Source: an uncultured Bacteroidales bacterium (lineage in GTDB: Bacteria > Bacteroidota > Bacteroidia > Bacteroidales > UBA3663). Taken from it: a stretch of DNA of 64,000 bases. Shown here piece by piece: positions 18,471 through 26,293 of this stretch. The notes under the pieces are model-generated. The model was not told the origin of the DNA. It worked only from the letters and a program-made list of their open reading frames with translations, and did no database searches. Both the position numbers and the translations under genes were made by a program. The DNA is taken from NCBI GenBank assembly GCA_905235375.1, contig CAJOLH010000004.1:71141-135140 (forward strand), given 5' to 3'. Positions within the stretch are counted from its first letter, which is position 1. Each line of letters begins with the position of its first letter.

Positions 18471-18603
18471 ATTTTAAGGGATATTTAGGGATTATAAGGG
18501 ATTATAAGGGACGATACCTTCACTTTATTGGTAATGGGACCCAAGAAACATTCGTCCCTTCATATCCTTTAAAATCCCTAAGAATCCCTTAATATCCCTA
18601 ATT
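18471..18603. repeat. oligomer-armed long hairpin (TAAGGGA-type arms, GGGAC...GTCCC core)
   Basis: The left arm has 4 TAAGGGA-like units. The core at 18508-18558 reads GGGACGATACCTTCACTTTATTGGTAATGGGACCCAAGAAACATTCGTCCC. The right arm has 5 TCCCTTA-like units. Confidence 0.85.
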
Positions 18604-19884
18604 TTAATACGCGAACAGCGGATAGTTTGCCATTTCGGCATTGACCTCAGCGCGAACCTTGGCGATGACTGCCTCGTTCTCGGGATCGTTGAGCACCTCC
18701 TCAATCCAGGCGGCAACTTTGACCATGAGGTCTTCTTTGGCACCACGGGTAGTGATGGCGGGAGTGCCGAGACGGATGCCGGAAGTCTGGAATGCCGAAC
18801 GGGAATCGTAGGGCACCATGTTCTTGTTGGCAGTGATGTCGGCAGCAACAAGCGCCTTCTCAGCCACCTTACCAGTGAGTTCGGGATACTTGGTGCGGAG
18901 ATCGACGAGCATCGAGTGGTTGTCGGTGCCGCCGGAGATGATCTTGAAGCCACGCTTCACAAGTTCTTCGGCCAGCACAGCAGCATTCTTCTTGACCTGC
19001 TGAGCATACACCTTCCACTCGGGACGGAGAATCTCGCCGAAGGCAACGGCCTTTGCTGCAATGACGTGCTCCAGAGGACCGCCCTGGGTACCTGGGAATA
19101 CGGAGCTGTCGAGACAAGCCGACATCATCTTCACGACGCCCTTGGGAGTGGTGAGACCCTTGGGATTGGGGAAGTCCTCACCCATCATGATGACGCCGCC
19201 ACGAGGACCACGGAGCGACTTGTGGGTAGTGGTGGTCACGATGTGAGCATACTTGACAGGATTATCGAGCAGACCTGCGGCAATGAGTCCTGCGGGATGA
19301 GCCATGTCGATCATCAGAATGGCACCCACCTCATCGGCAATCTTACGCATACGGGCATAGTCCCATTCGCGGCTATATGCCGAACCGCCACCGATGATGA
19401 GCTTGGGCTTGTGTTCGAGGGCAAGACGCTCCATCTCATCGTAATCGACACGGCCTGTATCTTCGCGCACATTGTAGGCAACGGGCTTATAGAGCAGACC
19501 CGAGCTGTTGACAGCCGAGCCATGAGAGAGGTGACCGCCGTGGGCAAGATTGAGGCCCATGAAGGTATCGCCGGGATTGAGCACTGCGGCGAGTACAGCC
19601 TGGTTGGCCTGAGCTCCCGAGTGGGGCTGCACGTTGGCCCAACATGCTCCAAAGATCTCCTTCAGGCGATCGATAGCGAGCTGCTCCACCTTATCGACAA
19701 CCTCACAACCTCCATAATAACGCTTGCCTGGCAGACCTTCGGCATACTTGTTGGTAAGCACCGAGCCCATAGCCTCCAGCACCTCGTCGCTGACGATGTT
19801 TTCGGAAGCAATCAGTTCAATACCCTTCATCTGACGCTGACGCTCCTCGGCTATCAGGTCAAAGATCACATTGTCTCTTTTCAT
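18604..19884 (-). CDS. glyA: serine hydroxymethyltransferase
   Basis: 426 aa with the PLP-lysine motif [14 protein letters not shown]. Confidence 0.95.
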   Translation of the reverse strand: MKRDNVIFDLIAEERQRQMKGIELIASENIVSDEVLEAMGSVLTNKYAEGLPGKRYYGGCEVVDKVEQLAIDRLKEIFGACWANVQPHSGAQANQAVLAAVLNPGDTFMGLNLAHGGHLSHGSAVNSSGLLYKPVAYNVREDTGRVDYDEMERLALEHKPKLIIGGGSAYSREWDYARMRKIADEVGAILMIDMAHPAGLIAAGLLDNPVKYAHIVTTTTHKSLRGPRGGVIMMGEDFPNPKGLTTPKGVVKMMSACLDSSVFPGTQGGPLEHVIAAKAVAFGEILRPEWKVYAQQVKKNAAVLAEELVKRGFKIISGGTDNHSMLVDLRTKYPELTGKVAEKALVAADITANKNMVPYDSRSAFQTSGIRLGTPAITTRGAKEDLMVKVAAWIEEVLNDPENEAVIAKVRAEVNAEMANYPLFAY

Positions 19885-19954
19885 AAGTTCGTAGTTTTAT
19901 TTGAATTAAGTATATAATTACTCAGATTGTTGATAATAAAACGATGTTTGGGGT

Positions 19955-20090
19955 CGCTTCGCTCAAAATTATAAGAAAATTAATTTTAAAAATTATCAAA
20001 AAGAAGATGGTCCAAAATAGCCGTGACCAATTTCGACTCGTTTTTCTTATAATTTTTTGATTTGATTTTTTTATAATTTTGAGTTCTACG
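19955..20090. repeat. oligomer-armed long hairpin (ATAATTTT-type arms)
   Basis: CTCAAAATTATAAGAAAA on the left pairs with TTTTCTTATAATTTT...TTATAATTTTGAG on the right, including a 13-nt perfect inverted repeat. Confidence 0.8.
19964..19971 (-). promoter_or_regulatory. -7 box TAATTTTG (glyA)
   Basis: TAnnTTTG match 80 nt upstream of the glyA ATG. It lies in the left arm of the 19955-20090 hairpin. Confidence 0.45.
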
Positions 20091-20234
20091 ACCATTGACG
20101 CGATATGACGTTACACAAATAATTCATGTAAATTCATGATAATTCGTGTTAAGAAAAGCCACATATAATTATCGTTAATTTTGGTTGCTTACTTATCTAA
20201 GTAGTCAATCATATTTATTGGGAGTTAAAGAGCA

Positions 20235-21155
20235 TTACAACCTGACGTAATGCACTTCAAACTTCACCGTACCATCAGGTTGAGGCACCTCCTCGACAAC
20301 GACTTCATAACGAGGTGCCTGTTCGGCAGAGGCTTCGACAGCAGGTTCGCCAACAGGCTCGACGGGCTTTTCAGCGACAGGCTCGACGGGCTTCACAGCG
20401 ACAGGCTCGACGGGCTTGACAACAGGAGCATCCACCGTTTCGGCGACTACGGAAACGGCAGGAACCGCTTCGAGCGCCTCAATCAGATCCTTCTCAGGGT
20501 CGATGTCCAATTCGCCATCCACGACCTTCGGCTTACGCTTTTTCTGAGAAGTCTGCGCCAGTCTTTCGGGTCGCACATCGCCCGTAGTCCAATAGGGAAG
20601 ATCGGGACGCTGGGCATTGCTGGCGATAAGTTGAGCAACACCTTCCTCGGGACCGATGATGACGGGCATACCCACTGTCACACGCTGCTCAAGTGCCTCA
20701 AGGTTGCCATTTTCAAGACGGATACAACCTTCGGTGGCACGGGTGCCGATGCTGGCGGGATCGTGCGTGCCATGTATTCCGATGCCCTGAAACCCCGTCA
20801 GCAGACGCAGGAAATAATGTCCGTAGGCATGCTTGATGAAACCCTTGCCATCGTGGAAATCGTGCCCCCAGTTGGAAGAATCGTGTATCTTCTCGAGCTT
20901 GAAGTAACCTTCGGGAGTCTTGTGGTCGCCCGCTACACTCTTCTGTCCGCGATTCACTCCACAAGCCATCGGATAGGTAACGACAACTTTGCCCTGGCTG
21001 TTCACTAAGGTCAATGTCATATCCACCTTGCTGATGAAAATGAATCCGTTGCTCATGTCGGGCTTGTAAAACCTCATGACAGACTGCAAGTCCTCGGCTG
21101 CAACCGACCACGAAAGAGCAAAGGCAAGAGCCATGCACAATATCTTATTATACAT
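20235..21155 (-). CDS. L,D-transpeptidase (YkuD) family protein with a C-terminal Pro/Val/Glu repeat tail
   Basis: YkuD catalytic block HGTHDPASIGTRATEGCIRL and signal peptide MYNKILCMALAFALSWSVAA. The tail contains VKPVEPVAVKPVEPVAEKPVEPV. The start is uncertain: a TATCTTTG box lies only 5 nt upstream of the ATG at 21155, so the mRNA may be leaderless or the start may be at 21134. Confidence 0.8.
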   Translation of the reverse strand: MYNKILCMALAFALSWSVAAEDLQSVMRFYKPDMSNGFIFISKVDMTLTLVNSQGKVVVTYPMACGVNRGQKSVAGDHKTPEGYFKLEKIHDSSNWGHDFHDGKGFIKHAYGHYFLRLLTGFQGIGIHGTHDPASIGTRATEGCIRLENGNLEALEQRVTVGMPVIIGPEEGVAQLIASNAQRPDLPYWTTGDVRPERLAQTSQKKRKPKVVDGELDIDPEKDLIEALEAVPAVSVVAETVDAPVVKPVEPVAVKPVEPVAEKPVEPVGEPAVEASAEQAPRYEVVVEEVPQPDGTVKFEVHYVRL

Positions 21156-21159
21156 GCTG

Positions 21160-21167
21160 CAAAGATA
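21160..21167 (-). promoter_or_regulatory. -7 box TATCTTTG (L,D-transpeptidase)
   Basis: Exact match 5 nt upstream of the ATG at 21155. Confidence 0.5.
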
Positions 21168-21230
21168 GGGCATTTTTCGTTTCAAAGCATTATTTTATAT
21201 CAAAAATTTTGAATTTTGTCGAAATATCGC

Positions 21231-21238
21231 TATCTTTG
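21231..21238 (+). promoter_or_regulatory. -7 box TATCTTTG (DEAD-box helicase 21277)
   Basis: Exact match 39 nt upstream of the ATG. Confidence 0.65.
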
Positions 21239-21276
21239 CAGCCGATTCATCACATTTAAATGCTAAAAAGCGTGCA

Positions 21277-22635
21277 ATGACAGGAAATAGAGACATACGC
21301 GAACTTGCCCTTCAGTCGCTGGGTTTCGATTCGCTCAACGCGATGCAGGACGATACGCTGCGCCTCTTCCCCGAGGGCCACGACATCCTGCTGCTTGCGC
21401 CCACCGGCAGTGGCAAGACCCTTGCCTACCTGCTGCCCCTCTGGCAGGCGGGAGGCAGGACGCTCATCATTGCCCCAAGCCGTGAGCTGGTGCAGCAGAT
21501 TGCCGAAGTATGGCAGCGACTGCATACCGAAATGCGTTGCGTAGCCTGCTACGGTGGGCATGACACGCGCGTGGAGCAGCAAAAGCTGCAAGGACTCTTC
21601 GACCCGCAGGCAGTCGGCGAGAATGTCCTTGTGGTGGGGACACCAGGCAGACTGAAAGACCATATCGAACGCGGGAACATCAGGCCCGAAACATTTACCT
21701 ATCTCGTAATCGATGAGTTTGACAAATCTCTGGAACTGGGCTTCGAGGAAGAGATGCACGCCATCATCAACACCCTGAGCGGCATCCGTCAGCGCATCTT
21801 CACTTCGGCCACCCATGCCGTGCCCATCGCGCCCTGGACGGGTTTCCACGATTATGTGCAGCTCGACTTCGGCAGCGACCAGAAGGAGCCCGAGCGACTG
21901 AAGATGTACCAGGTGAAATCGCCCATTCCCGACAAGCTCGAAACCCTCGACGAACTGCTGCTCTGCCTGCTTGGACCGCAGAAGGAGGGATCGGCGGAGC
22001 AAGCCATCGTATTTGCAAACTATCGGGAGGCTGCCGAGCGAATTGCGCACCATCTGACTGCCCAAGGCATCGAGAACGCGCTCTATCACGGCGGTCTCGA
22101 CCAGGAGATGCGCGACAAGTCGATCATCCGTCTGCGCGGAGGCTCCATCAGCGTACTCATCAGCACCGATCTGGCGAGTCGCGGATTGGATTTGCCCGAC
22201 GTGGCGCACATCATCCACTACCACTTCCCGCAAAGCCAGGAAGCCTATACCCATCGGAATGGACGAACGGCGCGAGCAGGCGCATCAGGCACGGCCTACG
22301 TCATCGTAGGGCCTGAAGAAACCCTGCCCGAGTTTTTCCCCACGAAGTTGCCGTTCTATTCAATTAAAAAACACCCCGAAAAGATTGGGCCCGCACCGAT
22401 GGTAACCGTCTATATCGGACGCGGCAAGAAGGAAAAGATTTCGAGAGGCGACGTGGTGGGATTCTTCACCAAAAACGGCGGATTGGCGGGCGCTGACCTG
22501 GGGCGCATCGACATCATGGATCACTGCTCGTATGTGGCTATTCGACGCGACAAGGCAGAGGCTGCGTTGGCAAAAGTGAAAGGTCTCAAGATAAAGGGAG
22601 AAAAGACCCATTATCTGATTGTGACGGGCAGTTGA
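21277..22635 (+). CDS. DEAD/DEAH-box RNA helicase with DbpA-type C-terminal RNA-binding domain (motif II is DEFD)
   Basis: APTGSGKT, VIDEFD, TSAT, HRNGRTARAG, and a C-terminal VYIGRGKKEKISRGDVVGF DbpA-like domain. Confidence 0.88.
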   Translation: MTGNRDIRELALQSLGFDSLNAMQDDTLRLFPEGHDILLLAPTGSGKTLAYLLPLWQAGGRTLIIAPSRELVQQIAEVWQRLHTEMRCVACYGGHDTRVEQQKLQGLFDPQAVGENVLVVGTPGRLKDHIERGNIRPETFTYLVIDEFDKSLELGFEEEMHAIINTLSGIRQRIFTSATHAVPIAPWTGFHDYVQLDFGSDQKEPERLKMYQVKSPIPDKLETLDELLLCLLGPQKEGSAEQAIVFANYREAAERIAHHLTAQGIENALYHGGLDQEMRDKSIIRLRGGSISVLISTDLASRGLDLPDVAHIIHYHFPQSQEAYTHRNGRTARAGASGTAYVIVGPEETLPEFFPTKLPFYSIKKHPEKIGPAPMVTVYIGRGKKEKISRGDVVGFFTKNGGLAGADLGRIDIMDHCSYVAIRRDKAEAALAKVKGLKIKGEKTHYLIVTGS

Positions 22636-22813
22636 CGGCATTTTTCGGCAAACGAATACAATAATTTGACGTTTCGCACGTTTATTTATCTAACGCGAAT
22701 TACCATTAATTTACACGAATTTCTATTGAATTCGAAATACAATAAATAATTTATGGTAAATTGACGATAATTCGTGTAAAAAAAATATAATCATCAATAA
22801 TTTTTGTTATAGT

Positions 22814-24088
22814 ATGGAAAAACTTGTAGAACGATTCATCAAATACGTGAAGGTATTCACGACGAGTAACGAAGAAAGCGGGGTGACACCAAGCACTCCT
22901 GGTCAGATGGTCTTTGCCAAGCAGTTGCGCGACGAACTCGTGGAACTGGGCTTCGAGGACGTGGTGCTTGATGCCAACGGCTACCTCTATGCCACGCTGC
23001 CCTCCAACCTCGATGGCAAGACAGTGCCCACCATTGGCTTTATCGCTCACATGGACACGGCTCCCGATGCAAGCGGAGAGAATGTGAAGCCCCGCATCAT
23101 CGAGAAGTACGACGGCAAGGACATCGTCCTCAATGAGGCTTCGGGCATCGTAATGAAGACCAGCGTCTTCCCCGAATTGCTCAACCACGTGGGCGAAGAC
23201 CTGATTGTGACCGACGGCACCACTCTGCTCGGCGCTGACGACAAGGCTGGCATTGCCGAAATCATCACCGCCATGATGTACCTGCGCCAGCATCCCGAAA
23301 TCAAGCATGGCAAGGTGCGCATCGCCTTCAACCCCGACGAGGAGATTGGTCTGGGTGCCCACAAGTTCGACGTGCCCCTCTTCGGCTGTGACTTTGCCTA
23401 CACGATGGATGGTGGCGAAGTGGGCGAACTGGAGTTCGAGAACTTCAACGCTGCTTCGGCAAAAATCACGTTCAAAGGTTCGAACGTACATCCCGGCACC
23501 GCCAAGGACAAGATGATCAACGCCTCGCTGCTTGCCATGGAGTTCCTGGAGCAGTTGCCCGAAGATGAACGCCCCGAACACACCGAGGGCTACGAGGGAT
23601 TCTATCATCTCATTGCCATGTCGGGCACTGTGGAAGAAGCCAACCTCGCGTTCATCATCCGCGACCACAACCGCGAACTTTTCGAGGCACGCAAGGAGAA
23701 CATCCAGCGCATCGTCGATAATATCAACGCCCAGTACCCCGGCACCTGCTCAGCCGTGGTGAAGGATCAGTATTACAACATGCTGGAGAAGGTGCAGGAG
23801 GCCGACGCTGTGCTTTCGGCTGGTGGACGCACCTTGCCCAACGGCCAGCCTTACAGCATCACAGAGATTGCCAAGCAGGCCATCCTCGATGCTGGTGTCG
23901 CACCTGTGGTACAGCCCATCCGTGGCGGCACAGACGGCGCACAGCTTTCGTTCAAGGGTCTGCCCTGCCCCAACATCTTCGCTGGAGGCATGAATATGCA
24001 TGGCAAGTTTGAATATGTGCCTATCCAGTCGATGGAGAAGGCGATGATGACGGTGGTCAACATCTGCCGGATTGTGGCGGAAGCATAG
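22814..24088 (+). CDS. pepT: peptidase T (tripeptide aminopeptidase)
   Basis: 424 aa with M20B motifs [11 protein letters not shown] and [13 protein letters not shown]. Confidence 0.92.
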   Translation: MEKLVERFIKYVKVFTTSNEESGVTPSTPGQMVFAKQLRDELVELGFEDVVLDANGYLYATLPSNLDGKTVPTIGFIAHMDTAPDASGENVKPRIIEKYDGKDIVLNEASGIVMKTSVFPELLNHVGEDLIVTDGTTLLGADDKAGIAEIITAMMYLRQHPEIKHGKVRIAFNPDEEIGLGAHKFDVPLFGCDFAYTMDGGEVGELEFENFNAASAKITFKGSNVHPGTAKDKMINASLLAMEFLEQLPEDERPEHTEGYEGFYHLIAMSGTVEEANLAFIIRDHNRELFEARKENIQRIVDNINAQYPGTCSAVVKDQYYNMLEKVQEADAVLSAGGRTLPNGQPYSITEIAKQAILDAGVAPVVQPIRGGTDGAQLSFKGLPCPNIFAGGMNMHGKFEYVPIQSMEKAMMTVVNICRIVAEA

Positions 24089-24090
24089 GG

Positions 24091-24211
24091 AAGGTTTGAA
24101 GGGTTTGAAAGGTTTGAAAGGTTTGAAGGGGTTGAAGGGTTTGAAGGGTTTGAAGGGTTTGAAGGGTTCGAAAGGTTTGAAAGGTTTGAAGGGTTTGAAG
24201 GGTTCGAAAGG
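24091..24211. repeat. (GGTTTGAAG)n 9-mer tandem repeat, about 14 units
   Basis: Fills the whole pepT-aroA intergenic space, with variants GGTTTGAAA, GGGTTGAAG and GGTTCGAAA. Confidence 0.95.
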
Positions 24212-24212
24212 T

Positions 24213-25538
24213 ATGCGATATTTAGTTACGGCACCGGATAGGCTCACACAACCACTTTGTATTGGACTTCCAGCATCGAAGAGCCTCAGCAACAGGGCGC
24301 TCATCATGCAGGGACTGTGCCGTGACCATTGCAGACTCACGAACATCAGCGACTGCGACGACACGCGGGTTATGCTGGCGGCTTTTGAAAATGACGGGGC
24401 ACGCATTGTGGACATCGGAGCCGCAGGGACCTCGATGCGTTTCCTTACTGCATTTTTTGCAAGCCGGGAAGGTGAAGAGGTCGTAATGACCGGTTCGGAG
24501 CGTATGAAGCAGCGTCCTATCGCCTTGCTCGTCGATGCATTGCGCACGCTGGGTGCTCGGATAGATTATGTCGAGGCAGAAGGTTTCCCTCCCCTGCGTA
24601 TCCATGGCCGAAAGTTGAAGGGAGGTGCTTTGAGCATCGACGGCAGCATTTCGAGCCAATACATCTCAGCCCTGCTGATGATTGCCCCCACGCTAAGCGA
24701 AGGACTTCGACTGAAACTGGAGGGCAACATCACTTCGACGCCCTACATCGAAATGACCCTGGGGATGCTCAAGCAATTTGGCATCACTTCGACATGGGAC
24801 CATTCCGCACAAGTGATCAGCATTGCTCCACAGCCTTACAAGGCGCTCCACTACCACGTTGAAAGCGACTGGAGTGCGGCCAGTTACTGGTACGAAATTG
24901 CTGCTTTGGCTGCCCGAGTCGGCAATCACGAAGCAATAGCCTTGGATGGACTGCACGCATCCAGTCTTCAAGGCGATGCTGCCATAGCAAGCCATTTTGA
25001 GACCATCGGCGTAAAGACTGACTTCAAAAGCGAAACTGTGACATTGAACGCCCAGGAATCGACTGAGGGCACATCCCTTCTTGAACTCGATTTGAGCGCA
25101 CAGCCTGACCTCGCACAGACGTTGATTGTGACGTGCTGCGCCTTGAATGTTCCTTTCCGTTTCACGGGTCTGCATACCCTTCGCATCAAGGAGACTGACC
25201 GCGTGGCAGCACTCGAAACCGAGTTGAAGAAACTTGGTTATGTCGTCACTGACCGTCTGGTAAAGAAGCACCTTGCGGAAAGCACTTCGAACAGTACGAA
25301 CCCTAACGACACAACAATCGAGATGTGCTGGGACGGCACCCGTTGCGAAGCCGAAACCAATCCCGTCATCGCCACCTACAAGGATCATCGCATGGCTATG
25401 GCTTTTGCACCTATGTCACTTGTCCTGCCTTCGCGCAGCATCCTCATCGATGACCCCGGCGTTGTTTCGAAGTCCTATCCCAACTATTGGGATGACCTTC
25501 AAAAGGCAGGTTTCAGCATCAAGGAGTTTTTATTTTAA
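24213..25538 (+). CDS. aroA: 3-phosphoshikimate 1-carboxyvinyltransferase (EPSP synthase)
   Basis: LPASKSLSNRALIMQ motif. I moved the start to the ATG at 24213. The track ORF start at 24072 only adds translation of the 9-mer repeat ((GLK)n) and overlaps pepT. Confidence 0.9.
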   Translation: MRYLVTAPDRLTQPLCIGLPASKSLSNRALIMQGLCRDHCRLTNISDCDDTRVMLAAFENDGARIVDIGAAGTSMRFLTAFFASREGEEVVMTGSERMKQRPIALLVDALRTLGARIDYVEAEGFPPLRIHGRKLKGGALSIDGSISSQYISALLMIAPTLSEGLRLKLEGNITSTPYIEMTLGMLKQFGITSTWDHSAQVISIAPQPYKALHYHVESDWSAASYWYEIAALAARVGNHEAIALDGLHASSLQGDAAIASHFETIGVKTDFKSETVTLNAQESTEGTSLLELDLSAQPDLAQTLIVTCCALNVPFRFTGLHTLRIKETDRVAALETELKKLGYVVTDRLVKKHLAESTSNSTNPNDTTIEMCWDGTRCEAETNPVIATYKDHRMAMAFAPMSLVLPSRSILIDDPGVVSKSYPNYWDDLQKAGFSIKEFLF

Positions 25539-25579
25539 CCACCCCTCAACCTCCTCAAACGCTCAAACTCCTCAAACCC
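25539..25579. repeat. (CCTCAAAC)-type oligomer run, complement-sense of the GGTTTGAG family
   Basis: CCACCCCTCAACCTCCTCAAACGCTCAAACTCCTCAAACCC, between aroA and the small gene. Confidence 0.85.
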
Positions 25580-25584
25580 AAAAT

Positions 25585-26070
25585 ATGATTTATCTCATTT
25601 CCGCTCTCGTCATACTTGTGCTCATCGTGGCCATCCCTGCTTTCATTGGCGACAAACGCTACAAGAAACGCGTGGCTGAGGGCACCGCAAAACCCGACGA
25701 GACATCTCCTCTTGAAGTCACCAAGGACGTACCCCAGGAATGTTGCGGACAACACGCCACCTGTGAGCGTGATTCGCTGCTTGCAGCCGTTTCGAACGAA
25801 ATCATCTACTACGACGACGAGGAACTCGACCAATACAAGGGTCGCAACGCCGAGGACTACTCCGATGAAGAAGCCGAAGAGTTTGCCAACGTCTTCTATG
25901 AACTCAAGGAGATAGAAGTGGCAGGTTGGGTGCGTTCCCTCCAACTCCGACAGGTCGCTTTGCCCCTGCAACTCATGGACGAAGTCCTTCTGGTGGTTCG
26001 CGAACGTCGATTCCAATCGGTTGCTGCCGATGGCGTTGACCATAGCAATGAGAAGGTTAAGAGGGGGTAA
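25585..26070 (+). CDS. hypothetical membrane-anchored protein with a CCGxHxxCE motif and acidic C-terminal half
   Basis: The first ATG after the aroA stop gives an N-terminal TM helix (MIYLISALVILVLIVAIPAFIG). Then ECCGQHATCERD and YYDDEELDQY. No family assigned. Confidence 0.6.
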   Translation: MIYLISALVILVLIVAIPAFIGDKRYKKRVAEGTAKPDETSPLEVTKDVPQECCGQHATCERDSLLAAVSNEIIYYDDEELDQYKGRNAEDYSDEEAEEFANVFYELKEIEVAGWVRSLQLRQVALPLQLMDEVLLVVRERRFQSVAADGVDHSNEKVKRG

Positions 26071-26149
26071 GAGAGGTTTGAGAGGTTCGAGGGGTTTGAG
26101 AGGGTTCAAGGGGTTTAAGAGGTTCGAGAGGTTCGAGAGGGGTGTGAGG
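26071..26149. repeat. (GAGAGGTTTGAG / GAGGTTCGAG)n oligomer run
   Basis: GAGAGGTTTGAGAGGTTCGAGGGGTTTGAGAGGGTTCAAGGGGTTTAAGAGGTTCGAGAGGTTCGAGAGG. Inverted relative to 25539-25579. Confidence 0.9.
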
Positions 26150-26270
26150 TTCCGTTAGTTTTCGTTATGACGAAATCCCGATATAACGAAATCCCGTAAT
26201 CACGGAATATCGTTATTCCGTTATTCCGAAATTCCATCATTCCGAAATTCCGTAATTCCGAAATTCCGCC
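26150..26270. repeat. oligomer-armed hairpin (ACGAAATCCCG / ATTCCGAAA-type units)
   Basis: The centre ATAACGAAATCCCGTAATCACGGAATATCGTTAT is palindromic. The right arm is (TTCCGAAAT / TTCCGTAAT)n. The same unit recurs at 44441-44509. Confidence 0.8.
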
Positions 26271-26293
26271 CCCCAAAAAAGGATAAAAAAACA

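Noticed and set aside
22710-22780. Invertible promoter (fin/hin-type switch) upstream of pepT, suggested by the 12-nt perfect inverted repeats
   Set aside because: The enclosed segment is only 47 nt and contains no TAnnTTTG box in either orientation, and no recombinase gene is nearby. It is more simply a hairpin or terminator built from the dispersed AATTCGTG word.
24072-24212. N-terminal (GLK)n extension of EPSP synthase from the track's longest-ORF start, and the antisense ORF 23750..24547 (FKPFKPF repeats)
   Set aside because: The extension is only the translation of the 9-mer repeat. It starts inside pepT, and the canonical AroA N-terminus begins at the ATG at 24213. The antisense ORF is an artefact of the same repeat.
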